Assembly: GCA_030068145.1 (NCBI GenBank)
Contig: JAPJBO010001134.1
Location: 1,408-65,407 of the forward strand
DNA length: 64,000 nucleotides
Direction of reading: 5' to 3'
Origin: Diplonema papillatum
Lineage: Eukaryota
Positions within the stretch are counted from its first letter, which is position 1. Every line of letters starts with the position of its first letter. A program made the translations under genes and the position numbers. The notes under the pieces were generated by a model. The model searched no databases and was not told the origin of the DNA. It saw only the letters and a list, made by a program, of their open reading frames with translations. Of this stretch, positions 10,801 through 21,404 are shown piece after piece.

Positions 10801-12447
10801 GATGCGTGGTGTACAGACAGTAAGGGTAGTGAGTAATACGTGCAGCAGGAGGTCATCAAAATACACGTAAGCCCAGGTGCAAATGAAAATGCAGCGCAAA
10901 TGTCCACCGCCAAGCCGGCGGCGAAGCCAGCCGGAAAGCCAGCCCCGAAGCCAGCAGTTAAGCGCAAGGCAGGAGATCCGATGTGGGGCTATGAGCGCAG
11001 GTGTCCCTGAAATCTCTCTTCCCGGGGGTTTAGAAAAAAAAGACGACCCCCCTTGGACGAGTTCAGCCCGATATAATTAGAATTAGATCATACCGGGAGC
11101 GCGTATGATATGTGCCCGCTGCTCCCGAGAAGACACGGAATGGAAAGATTGGTCACGCAATCGTCAAAATACCACCTCGGATCCCAAAAAAGGTTGGCCT
11201 CCATGGCCCCTCCTTTTGCACCTCGCTTCACCAGACAAATTACCATCACCCAATGAACGCACATCAGAACTGGGATGGCAGGTACTGAAGAACAGGGATG
11301 CTGCAAAATTGGCTGTGCGAACACCTGGAGAAAGGTTGCTTTGTTTCCTCAGCCCGTGTCGCGTGTGCTCGAAGTGAAGAAGAGACTGGCACAAGAGGAA
11401 TGTATCGCCTCCAGGAGTGTGGTGCCATGCACACCACACCTTCGGACGAAGCGCACACGACTACGACTGCAGCGGCAACAACTACGACTGTAAGGTGCAA
11501 GGTTCCAAAAAGCGACGGCAAAGACTACTTAGACAAGCGCCTTCAAGCTGCCCGAATAGGATGCTTGTTGTGAATGCTCCTGTCTATGCACCCCCAGAAG
11601 TCTCTGCTTCGGATGCTACAAACCGTGCCTTTCGGCGGAGCAGAACCCATCTGCCTTCGATACCCTCTGGAAGTTGCAAATTCGGGCAAAAGTGCCGACC
11701 ACGACTGCGGCGAGAACAATGTCACACGCATTCTTGAACGAGGTTCCGACACTGCCGTTGACATGGAATACAATGAGAAGGAGATCAATGCAGCGTTTTG
11801 CGATTAAAGAATTCGGATGCAGCTGCAGAGAATTCTTCAGGAGCCTTCTGATAGCCGCCAAACGTCATCTTCCTGAGTAGTAGGTGCCCTGAAAAAAGAG
11901 CCTAAGCCCACAGGGTCTAGGCCCTCGTGGTGCCCCTAGTGGTATAGTACGGTGACGCAGGGGAAAGCTGTGGCAGTCCATACACCCACCATCCCCGCCT
12001 CTAATTTGGCCAATCAAAGAGGATTTTAATCCGGAACATGCCTGAAAACTCTGTTCCCGGGTGCTACCAACAAACTGGCGACCCCCTCGATGGCAAAACA
12101 TGAAAATGCGTTTTTCGCAAACCCTAATTTTGGGATGTGGCCCGCCAGATATCGAGCTTCGGAGCCCGGCGAGGGTCGGAATGAAAAGATCGGATTCAAA
12201 ACAGTTCAAAAACGCCCTCGGGCCAAAGAAAATGACCCGGGGTTGACCTTCAGATGGTATTTTCCATATTTGAACGGTCGCCATGAGAATGACTGATATA
12301 GGTTGAGCAGTTATTCGGTTATCAGTGTCTTCTGCTTCGCGTATTCTAGAACATACGCGTTCTATATAGGTTGAGCAGTTAAGAAGTGGCAGTCATAGTT
12401 TGAACTTGGTATGCAGCAAGGCCTCGTAGTAAGGCTACCCGACAGTA

Positions 12448-12548
12448 TTGCGGGCACGTATCCATCGAGGACGGATGCGTATCCGGATATGTATCCGTAT
12501 CCTGATTCTCGAAATCCCACGTATCCTCACGTATCCAGCATCACTGCC
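12448..12548. repeat. Right arm of the inverted-repeat pair (partner 10680..10800)
   Basis: See the left arm. A G7 run follows this arm, and then the SINE-like copy 2. Confidence 0.45.
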
Positions 12549-12570
12549 CAAGGGGGGGAAAATGTTTCTT

Positions 12571-12745
12571 GAGTTTGAAGGGGGGATTGCAAGAACGTGC
12601 TTGGAATGGGTATGTGCTCAACACCGCACTGGTCCCGTCTGCGCCGTGTTTCGGTCCTTTAAGCCACGAACATATAAGGCGGACCATCATCAGCGCGGAA
12701 CCTGAGTGTCTGCAGACAGGACAGCGGTGTGAGCCTGGTTTGTCA
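12571..12745 (+). repeat. SINE-like dispersed element, copy 2 (the most complete, about 175 bp)
   Basis: It shares a conserved core with 55021-55190, running from GAGTTTGAAGGGGGG through TTGCAAGAACGTGCTTGG, GGTCCTTTAAGCCACG and CCATCATCAGCGCGGAACCTGAGTGTC to GCAGACAGGACAGCGGTGTGAGCCTGG. Confidence 0.5.
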
Positions 12746-12902
12746 GACGGCTGTTCGTAGCTCGTCACAGCCAGGACCACCCGTGCTACTAGAGCACAGG
12801 CGAATCCGTCGCCCCTACAACCGTGTCTGAGCAATCAGTTAAAAAACTCAGGGCACTCGCCCTGATGGTGACTGCGACTCGCTAGGCAGCACTGACTTGT
12901 GT

Positions 12903-13012
12903 GAGTTTGAAGGGGGGGAAAATCTTAGTTCAGGCGCGACGGGGGAGGGGGATCGCATGAACGTGCTTGGTATGGATAGTGCTCAACACCGCAATGGTCC
13001 TTTAATGCAGGG
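12903..13012 (+). repeat. SINE-like dispersed element, copy 3 (diverged and 3'-truncated)
   Basis: Motifs shared with the other copies: GAGTTTGAAGGGGGGG, GCATGAACGTGCTTGGTATGGATAGTGCTCAACACCGCAATGGTCC. Confidence 0.45.
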
Positions 13013-13059
13013 GGGGGCCACCCACGCCTCAGCTAGATGTTTCGGTAAAAACATCCGCG

Positions 13060-16000
13060 ATAGTAAAACGTCCTCTCCCCCTTTGCTGTATTTAAAAACA
13101 GGGGAAACATTGGAAAGGGCCCCGAGCGGACAGTCGAACGCAGTCTGAGAGATTAGATTGTCAAGCGGCACTCAACTGCTGCGAACCCAGCCCGCTAATG
13201 CGTTCGACGACCTGATGAGTCTCATGATTCTGCAATTCCTTCATTGACTATCGCGACTGGCCGCGGTCTTCATCGTTCCCAGAGGACTGTGAACTTGAAT
13301 TATTGGGTCAGTCCACCATCTTGAGGTACCACCAGGGGTCATCTTGGTGGTATCGCAGTTCACGGGACCACAGGAAGCAGCACAAGGCGACGTGGGCACA
13401 ACTGGCGCGATGCCTGATTTCTTGTACGGACGACCCAAAAAGCGGGACTTCTCTAAAAGTCACTTTTCCGCAGTTCATGACCGGTTGGTGTTGAATGAAG
13501 CTGTTCGATGTCCATCGAACATTTTCGGAAACAATTGAGTGTGGAGGTTCAGTGAGAACACGGGGAGGAAATCAGTCTAAATCGCTGGCATTATCCCCCA
13601 TCCCGGGATAGGGTCCATCCTATCAAGACTACCGGAAGAGCGTTTGAATGTGTAGGGGGTGGTCTTCTGGTAAAAGTTCACAAGACATCAGAGCATACTC
13701 GAGATTTCTAGAAACAAAAGCAAGCAATTCTAGAAAAGGATAGAGGCCTGGATGGTTGACCCTCCTTACGGCTTTCCGCAAGGCACACGGTGGCTCATTG
13801 TGAAGGGTATAAGAGCCCTGTGAACACTGGCAGACCTCATTCCATGGACGGTTCCGTACACAACTGAACATGTCCCAGGGGCGGCCCTACGGGGGGCTGT
13901 TCCACATAGGAAATCCCGAAAAGGGCTGGTAAATCTAGGGAGGGGGATAAAAACAACGAATTGGACTGATGGGGCTACCGTCGATCCCGAGGGACGATCA
14001 GTTTGGTCGTGTGACCTTGGTTTGTTTGGTGAGACTGCTGAAACAAAAATGGGAAGCAAGATGCGGGTTCAGCTTTTTGTGTTTTTCCTTTGCCGACATC
14101 TGGTGCCTTTGGGCCGCCCGGGTATGGACTCTTCCTCATCTCGTCTTTTAGTCTCTGTATGTAGAGCAGACGAATAGGGGGTTAAAAGCTTTTTTTGCGT
14201 TTCCGGCAATATGCGCTCAGTAAGTTGCCCCTTTTGCTTTCTCCATGTGGGCGTACACTTTTCTGGAACACAGATTAGGGATCTTTGAATAATAGCTTTT
14301 CAGGTTTCGGCTCAAACCTGTGGGCGGGACAACGCAGTCTATGTGGCTGAGCAGGCGGTGCCACATTCTCACTGCACGTTCATGTTGTGCTGCAGGTCCG
14401 GGTTTGCGGATAGATCCACTGTCCGTCTCGTTGGATTCTCCGTATTATTTGCCAGCAATGCTTCGGACCGAAGAACGAGAACTTGTTTTGCGTCGGCAGG
14501 CGAAGAGTGGGCTCCCCATTCATGAATTCCGCCAATGCCAGGCACAATACCCGTTTACGTGTGTGAAGGCGACCCAGTTCATGACTTTCTGGTCCAAGTT
14601 TTCAATGGGCTCTGTGCAAAACTTCGGTGATCAAGTTCGCTAGGCTACACAAATCCCTGTTCAGTCACTGACCGAGTTTACCCCCAGTTAAGGCCCTTCA
14701 ATGTATGTTTCGCTGCCGCGTCGTCTGTCTGGGGTATGCACATAGCGCGTTTTCCTGGTTGTTTTCGTCCGTCGGCACCGCCCTCCAATCGCTTTCCTTT
14801 TCCCGAGTTGCTTTTGTACAGCCACGTTGTATATTCAGGTTTCCCACGTTATTTTCAAGTTGCGCCGCAAACGGCGGCTGCCATTGTCCACGGACGCTAC
14901 TCACGCGGCGGTTCATCCTGGTAAATATCTGGCTTAGCACGATTGATGAGCTGTGCGTACTCATCCATGGAGACCACGCGCGTCCGCGTTGTGTCCAGGC
15001 CGTCCACCACCGACACGATGTCATCGTAGGTGTGCGACCACACGTGGACGGGGATCACGCTGTACCCAGCGCTGCTCTCCGGGTCCATGGCTTCTGAATT
15101 GAGGAGGCCGATCAGCTCCGAAACGCTTTGCTGCCCTTGCCACAGACAGTACCGGGCCCCGAGAAGCCAGCCTTGGTACTCAGGCGTCGACACGTACATG
15201 TTGTTCCCATCCAGGTCACAGTAGCCGCTGTACGGGTAGTACAGAACGTACTGCATACCCGCACCGAAGTATGGAGCCGCAGCTGCGGCGGCGGTGGCCA
15301 GATCGGTGGTGCTGCCCATGACGTTGACAACCGCCATGCCGTCTGCTTCGAGGTTGGAGGCCGATTCATTCATAAAAATGCTGGCCCACTTATCGGGCAT
15401 TTCGTCTATGTAAGTGTAGGTGTCGCCGGACACACTGCCGACGAACGTGTCATTCTGTGTCTTGACGCGCTGGAGGTAGTGGTAAATGGGCGCCGCTACA
15501 TCACGCGAGGACACCGACAGCGTCCACCCGACCGGAACGGCACCTCTCCGCGGGCATCCGTACCACTGCGGGCTGGTGGCGAACGTGTTGTCGAGCCATT
15601 GCAAGTTGTCGCCGTCGGTCATCACAAAAGCGATGACGTGCCGGTTGTCGTCGTCTGCTTGTTGCTGTGCGTGCTGCTGCGACTTCGCTGAGGTGCCCGG
15701 GACTGCACTCGGTTTGGGTTGGACATGCCGGCGTGAGAACTGAGGTACCGCGCCCATGCCGTAGTTCGTCATCGTCGCCAAGTTCAGCGCCCAGTCACTC
15801 GCAAGGAGGCCGTTGCCCCTTTCCGAAAGCGCTGAGACCGTGTAGAACTCGTCGGGTCCGTACCCCAAAGTCACCGCGCCTTTGCCTTCGGCGCTGGTGT
15901 ATTTCAGGATCTCGGCCACCATCGACGGGACCGGGCTGAAAGACGGCACGAAGTACACGGGGCACCGACAGAACGCCGCGTAGTCCGCAAGACTCGGCCA

Positions 16001-17200
16001 CGTCGCCGGTTTCTGCAGAATTGACACGCGCTGTCTAAAAGACGTCAGCGGCGTCGCGGCGTAGAAGGCCTCGTACGTCGCCTTCGTCGAGTCACCAGCA
16101 GACGTATACTGCAGTTGCGTCAACGTATCGCACGCAGTGTCCGCGCACACGACGCAAGGAGAAGATGTTTGAGCACGCAACGCACACTGCATCAAACCGA
16201 CGCCGACTGAATCTGTGCCCATGGTCACCTCCACGAAAGAATTGGCCAAGTTGGCGGCTATGGCCTCCTTCATGACGTTGGCGAAGCTCGACTCGGTCCG
16301 GAAGGTGACGTTCCAGTACAGCTCGAGCTCCCCCGCCCAGAGGCTCCACCCGGCCTGCCCGTCGGGAGTGTTCGCAGTGAACAGCCACGGCTTCGTCTGG
16401 GCCGCCACGCCCTGCAGCGAGTGAATGGCCAGCACCTCCTCCGGCGTCATGTCGGTGGTGTCCACCAGCAGCAGCTCGGCGGACGCGTTGGGCCCGGCGC
16501 TGGCGGCCGGGAAATAGTACTGCGTCCACTCGTCGGAAGCCGAGGCGAGGCTGGCAACGCAGCAAACCGCTGCGAGACTGGTTCGCATCGCAAACTGAAA
16601 GGGGCTCTGAAAATACCCGAGGCGGCTGCGTGTGCTGCTGGTGTCGCTTTCAAAGTGCTGCCCACACCCGGTTTTGTTCTCCTTTGGTGTGGTCCGTTAG
16701 TTGTGAACCGTTTTTCCACCGCATCTCTTCGTGTGCATCTCCGGGACAACCGCGTGTAGCGAGGTGGCAAAGTTGACCCGTGATTAGAGTTGGCATTCTA
16801 ATGCTACTACTAGGATACCCGGCGCTTTGGGTCCTATATGTTGCTTGTCGTCTGAGCCTTTGAGCCCAGCAGTGTTTGCGTGCCTACATCAATTGTGCAT
16901 TGCTGGGTCTGCTGTTGATGTCTCCTTTCAGTTGCGAGCCGTCGATTGCTCGAGGTAGTCTCAGGGGTAGGCGACCTCTCACAGTTTCACCGAGGGAGTT
17001 AATGCACCACGAATCGTCGATAAGAGAAATTCACACAGCCAGCAGGGTGTGCTTGGTTCAAAGAAAAAGTCAAGTTTGACCTCGCCAAGCTCGTTTCCCC
17101 GGGGTAAGGCAGTCATTGCGCTCGTGATATCAGTTACAAAGACGTGTTCGTAGTTCTCGCCAGCCAATACGAAGAGCAGAAGCTCCTAGTTTCCTGCCCG
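13060..17200. repeat. Segmental duplication unit B (partner of 6040..10300)
   Basis: See unit A. Unit B carries two extra insertions of about 200-270 bp relative to A. Confidence 0.6.
14897..16588 (-). CDS. Secreted N-glycosylated protein, copy B (563 aa). It has the same signal peptide as copy A and a slightly longer C-terminus.
   Basis: ORF 14897..16588 starts directly at MRTSLAAVCC. It is collinear with copy A, apart from a small AVPGTSAKS insertion and the C-terminal extension. Confidence 0.55.
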   Translation of the reverse strand: MRTSLAAVCCVASLASASDEWTQYYFPAASAGPNASAELLLVDTTDMTPEEVLAIHSLQGVAAQTKPWLFTANTPDGQAGWSLWAGELELYWNVTFRTESSFANVMKEAIAANLANSFVEVTMGTDSVGVGLMQCALRAQTSSPCVVCADTACDTLTQLQYTSAGDSTKATYEAFYAATPLTSFRQRVSILQKPATWPSLADYAAFCRCPVYFVPSFSPVPSMVAEILKYTSAEGKGAVTLGYGPDEFYTVSALSERGNGLLASDWALNLATMTNYGMGAVPQFSRRHVQPKPSAVPGTSAKSQQHAQQQADDDNRHVIAFVMTDGDNLQWLDNTFATSPQWYGCPRRGAVPVGWTLSVSSRDVAAPIYHYLQRVKTQNDTFVGSVSGDTYTYIDEMPDKWASIFMNESASNLEADGMAVVNVMGSTTDLATAAAAAAPYFGAGMQYVLYYPYSGYCDLDGNNMYVSTPEYQGWLLGARYCLWQGQQSVSELIGLLNSEAMDPESSAGYSVIPVHVWSHTYDDIVSVVDGLDTTRTRVVSMDEYAQLINRAKPDIYQDEPPRE

Positions 17201-17664
17201 ATTGGTGTGACGGAGTGAACGTGTTGGCTTGCGTGCGCAGATGCAGTGCAAACTATGAATTCGGCTGCTGCGCAAACGCCGCCGAACGGCTACTTATTCT
17301 ACTGACTGTTCTGCAGCAGCAACAACGCACCACTTTGCGGCTTTCTTGCACCAAGACTGATGACCCCGTCCGAAAGCAAAAGATGAATGGGCAGCAATTT
17401 TGGCCTGACCTCGAGTCAAATCGTGAAGGAAACGAAGGCAACCGTAGAACGAGAGAGAAGGCGAACGAGGGGCAGGGCTCTGGCAGGGCATGTGCCTACC
17501 ATTTCAAGGCTAGTGGAATGAGTGCGCAGCAAAAGATCGGGGCAATTGTGTTCTGCAAACAGCGTGCGGTGAAATAATATCGAGGAATTATTTTTGTTTT
17601 GAAACTGTTGCGGCGGACGGGTGCGGGTTAGAGTCGCACCCGCACGGCATCAACAAACAGTTCA

Positions 17665-18219
17665 TCAGTAGGTGCGGGTTGTTTTGCGGGTTTTGGTCAC
17701 GGTCACTGGTCGGCGACTGCGTGTGACAGGACGTGTTCTCCGGGTCTTCACAACAGTAGTTGCCGGTCTAGTGCGTCTTACGGGGGCTCGTCGCGTGCGT
17801 ACAGGAACAGCACGAGTCCGAGTGGTCGTCGTTTTCGTCGTTCGCCTCGTTGCAGGAGCCACGACGCGACGTCTCCTGCCCTGCCCAACACGTCCATCGT
17901 GGTTCAGGTCTTTGTGGGTTGCCCGCTCTGCGGTGCCGACAACCTTCCGCATGACACCGTTCGACTTTTTGTGCGGGGCGCGCCTTCCATACGGCACGGC
18001 CCCCACGCGGCCGTCGCCGTTTAAATCACGGCCTGTCCTTCTTTCGACGCTGCGTACGCCTGCATTGACTTTGCTACCTGTCGTCCTGCGAACGGGTGCC
18101 CTCGTCGTTGTTGCTGTAGTTGTTCTGTACGCTGGTTTCCTTGCGTACCCCACGCGGCCGTCGTGGTTGAGGTCCTTGCCGGTGCGCGTTTCGAGCTTGC
18201 GGACGAGTTTGTTCAACAT
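17665..18219 (-). CDS. DLNxDGRVG-repeat basic protein, paralog B
   Basis: ATG at 18219..18217 (MLNKLVRKLETRTGKDLNHDGRVG...). It is nearly identical to paralog C. Confidence 0.5.
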   Translation of the reverse strand: MLNKLVRKLETRTGKDLNHDGRVGYARKPAYRTTTATTTRAPVRRTTGSKVNAGVRSVERRTGRDLNGDGRVGAVPYGRRAPHKKSNGVMRKVVGTAERATHKDLNHDGRVGQGRRRRVVAPATRRTTKTTTTRTRAVPVRTRRAPVRRTRPATTVVKTRRTRPVTRSRRPVTVTKTRKTTRTY

Positions 18220-18988
18220 TTTCGCTGGATACTCCGCTTTTGGGTGGCTTTTCTTTTTGCGAGGTAGCAGGAGAGATTCCCTGAGTGAATGTATTCTGCT
18301 GTACACTCCCACGGCATATGCGAGAGCTACGAACTCATGCTCTGCGACCCAGGAGGTGGCTACCAGCTGATGAAGACGTTCACCCGGATGATTGCATCAC
18401 GTATGTCGTCCTCAAGGTGGGCAACAAACTACGAGCTATAATGGGTTGCATGTGCTAGTTTTTGCACGATCCCGAACGCATACTTGGTGCTCGCTCAAAA
18501 CATTCGCTTCGTTGAATGCACGTGATTGACGCAACGCTGGCGCTCTGAAGGCAAGGAAAATGGAAAAGGAAACAACTTGGGCTGACACCTCGAGTGGAAT
18601 CGTGATGTCAAGTTCCTCCCCGCGAAACGGTTTCCTTGTTTTGAGGCCTCGGAGATAGAAGAGAGAGACTTAGGACCAAGAAACTGTTTGCGGTAGACGG
18701 GTAACCTCAGAACGAGAGAGGAGGCGAAGGAGGGGTAGGGCTCTGGCAGGGCATGTGCCTACCATTTCAAGGCTAGTGGAATGGGTGCGCAGCGAAAGAT
18801 GGGGACAAATTGTGTTCTGCGGCTGTATTTTGCACGCAGCCATTTTTCCCAAGGACACTCTGGACGGTTTCGGCTTGAGAATGTTGTGGCGAAGGTGAGG
18901 AGGCGGGATTAGAAAAGTAGTTCGTCCCTTTGCAGTGTGCGGAAGGAGAACCGAAAGCTCGTCGCACCCGGCATCAACAAACAGTTCA

Positions 18989-19543
18989 TCAGTAGGTGCG
19001 GGTTGTTTTGCGTGTTTTGGTCACGGTCACTGGTCGGCGACTGCGTGTGACAGGACGTGTTCTCCGGGTCTTCACAACAGTAGTTGCCGGTCTCGTGCGT
19101 CTTTCGGGGGCTCGTCGCGTGCGTACAGGAACAGCGCGACTCCGAGTGGTCGTCGTTTTCGTCGTTCGCCTCGTTGCAGGAGCCACGACGCGACGTCTCC
19201 TGCCCTGCCCAACACGGCCATCGTGGTTCAGGTCTTTGTGGGTTGCCCGCTCTGCGGTGCCGACAACCTTCCGCATGACGCCGTTCGACTTTTTGTGCGG
19301 GGCGCGCCTTCCATACGACACGGCCCCCACGCGGCCGTCGCCGTTTAAATCACGGCCTGTCCTTCTTTCGACGCTGCGTACGCCTGCATTGACTTTGCTA
19401 CCTGTCGTCCTGCGAACGGGTGCCCTCGTCGTTGTTGCTGTAGTTGTTCTGTACGCTGGTTTCCTTGCGTACCCCACGCGGCCGTCGTGGTTGAGGTCCT
19501 TGCCGGTGCGCGTTTCGAGCTTGCGGACGAGTTTGTTCAACAT
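18989..19543 (-). CDS. DLNxDGRVG-repeat basic protein, paralog C (tandem copy about 1.3 kb from B)
   Basis: ATG at 19543..19541. It is more than 95% identical to B at the protein level. Confidence 0.5.
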   Translation of the reverse strand: MLNKLVRKLETRTGKDLNHDGRVGYARKPAYRTTTATTTRAPVRRTTGSKVNAGVRSVERRTGRDLNGDGRVGAVSYGRRAPHKKSNGVMRKVVGTAERATHKDLNHDGRVGQGRRRRVVAPATRRTTKTTTTRSRAVPVRTRRAPERRTRPATTVVKTRRTRPVTRSRRPVTVTKTRKTTRTY

Positions 19544-19974
19544 GTTTCGAACTCTTGCGTTTAGGTGGTTTGTTTCCTTTGGTAACACTCTACCTGATAA
19601 TAGAGTGAGGGTTTGACCAATTGTGACCCCCCTTCCAGCTAACCGTAGCTACGGTAGCATGCAAATGATTTTCCGGTCCCGCTCGTGTTGCATTGGTGAG
19701 AGTAGTCAGCAAGCCAATGTGCACCACAATGTGCCAGATTTTAGTTACGCGACACCGAAGGGGTCGACTCGTGACGGTTGCAAACGTTGCTGCGGGGCTG
19801 GTGGCAAGTTTACAGTCAGAGTCGGAATCAGATTCGAGATCGTTGTCAGAGTAATTCTCGCTGATGCAGGGTCTGATTTCGTGCCTAGCGACAGAGTACG
19901 AGCGCTCGGCGAAAGGCCGGCGGGGGCGAGACTGGAGGTAGCTGTTAAAGTTCGGGAAACAGTAAAGCTCGGGC

Positions 19975-20100
19975 GCAGCTAAGTTCGGGCGATGTTAAGT
20001 TTGGCTGATGCAAAGTTCGGGTTCTAGTTCGGCGTGTGGTAGCAAGTTTAGCCTGTGACAGCAAGTTCGGCCCCAGTACCCGGGGGGGAGACCCCCCCCG
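19975..20100. repeat. Degenerate (A)AGTTCGG(G) mini-repeats followed by a CCCGGGGGGG-AGA-CCCCCCCCG palindrome
   Basis: Read directly from the sequence at 19978-20075 (gctaagttcgggcgatgttaagtttgg...agcaagttcggcccc) and 20079-20100. Confidence 0.4.
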
Positions 20101-20222
20101 ACTCCGTTTCCCGTTGTGACCCAAATGCGAGATACTGAGAAACTCCGCAAAAACGCAAATTTCGGGCCCATTGGACCCCGAAACCCAACAAACCTCGAAA
20201 ACAATCTTCGACCGAAAAAGTG

Positions 20223-20292
20223 TGATGGGCGGGGTTCGAACCCGGGCCTACCGGCCTGAAGGTCAACGCCCGCTCACTCTGCCACCCCTATG
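20223..20292 (-). ncRNA. Pol III-type tRNA-like unit with an A-box-like TGGCAGAGTGAG, a B-box GGGTTCGAACCCC and an oligo-T terminator. It does not fold as a canonical cloverleaf; it may be a tRNA pseudogene, a SINE head or a small structured RNA.
   Basis: The minus strand reads GCATAGGGGTGGCAGAGTGAGCGGGCGTTGACCTTCAGGCCGGTAGGCCCGGGTTCGAACCCCGCCCATCACACTTTTT. The acceptor stem pairs poorly, and the unit is only about 68 nt long. Confidence 0.35.
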
Positions 20293-21404
20293 CATTTTGG
20301 CAGGGGAAGAAAAAGCTTGCTCCGCACTATTACCCTAGTCCAGAAACTATACACTTTCGCAACATTAAAAGCCGGGTTGGTTCGAATAGAAGCTATTCGC
20401 ATTGCATGTTCATAGGACCTCCAGTCTCGAAAATAATAAAAGTTCTGAGTGTGAACGGTCGTAGCACAAAGGCACTTATGTTTGCCGCTGGTCCTTGAGC
20501 AAGTGGCACAGATACAAACGAAGACAAAATGTGAGTTCGGAGTTGTCACATAGCTCGTAGCCGCAAGCACATGACGGACAGGTAGTACCCGGAGAGAGAA
20601 AGAGAGAGGTGGGTTCAAGAAATTCACAAACGAAGTGCGAGCAGTTCAGGGCGAACTGCTGGCACGGCCGTGGCCATGACCGCAACTTTGACCGGTCAGT
20701 TTTTTTGATCGCAGGCTTGAAAAGGTGTTTGCAGCCACAATGACCAATAACGGCTGTAGTTCATGCGGTCCCGTGTCTAACAGTGCGTGGCTACAGCGCA
20801 AAAAGGTGGCCACTTTCGGTACCTCAGTTTCAATCGCAATCTGGGAGAACCTGCTGGTAAAACTTGCTGTTTTCGACTGCAAACCTTCATTGCCACGGAG
20901 CAGGGCAATATCGAGCTCAGGGGCTAGGTTTACGTCTTGACAGCGAATTCGTGAGCAGCAAATTGTGAGGACGCTCTCTGCTGTTCCTGAGTTGACATTT
21001 TATGAAGACGCGCAGCAAGCTTACCACATCACTTATCCTCTGGGTGGAAGCAAACACTCCAGAAGCACGCGTCTCGGGCGCCGACAGGCCGTGCAGCGAC
21101 CCCAGGCTCTGGACGAGGGGCACCATGCATGCGACCGTAGTATGGCGCTGCAAAGTACGCTTGCACCGCGTAACGGCAGCCTTTCGTCCCACTGGGGAAT
21201 CAAAGCCAGGAGGCGATCTCAGCGGGGACAGAGGCGAAACGTTCACGCTTCATCAGCGACGTCTTCTTTGGAACCGTCGGCAGCAACAGGGCCCTCATGC
21301 GACTGCTATAGGCACACAAACAGCCAAAGGTAATAGGCACCACTGCCTTGTCTAATCGCCGTCTGATTGCAACCTGAGCTCGACAAGCGGCAAAGAGTCG
21401 CAGT

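Noticed and set aside
10877-11080. The 67-aa ORF at 10877..11080, and the alternative-frame histone H1-like peptide MSTAKPAAKPAGKPAPKPAVKRKAGD, as a gene
   Set aside because: Both are very short, lie inside a repeat-bounded segment, and have neither a clear donor site nor homology. Mentioned only as an observation inside the composite-structure finding.
20223-20292. Calling this a canonical tRNA, in particular tRNA-Sec (a UCA triplet is present in a loop-like context, and the TrxR next door is a selenoprotein)
   Set aside because: The unit is only about 68 nt long. The acceptor and T stems do not pair, and the anticodon stem cannot be formed. tRNA-Sec is about 90 nt with a 9/4 or 8/5 acceptor/T-stem geometry. 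Kept instead as a pol III tRNA-like unit.
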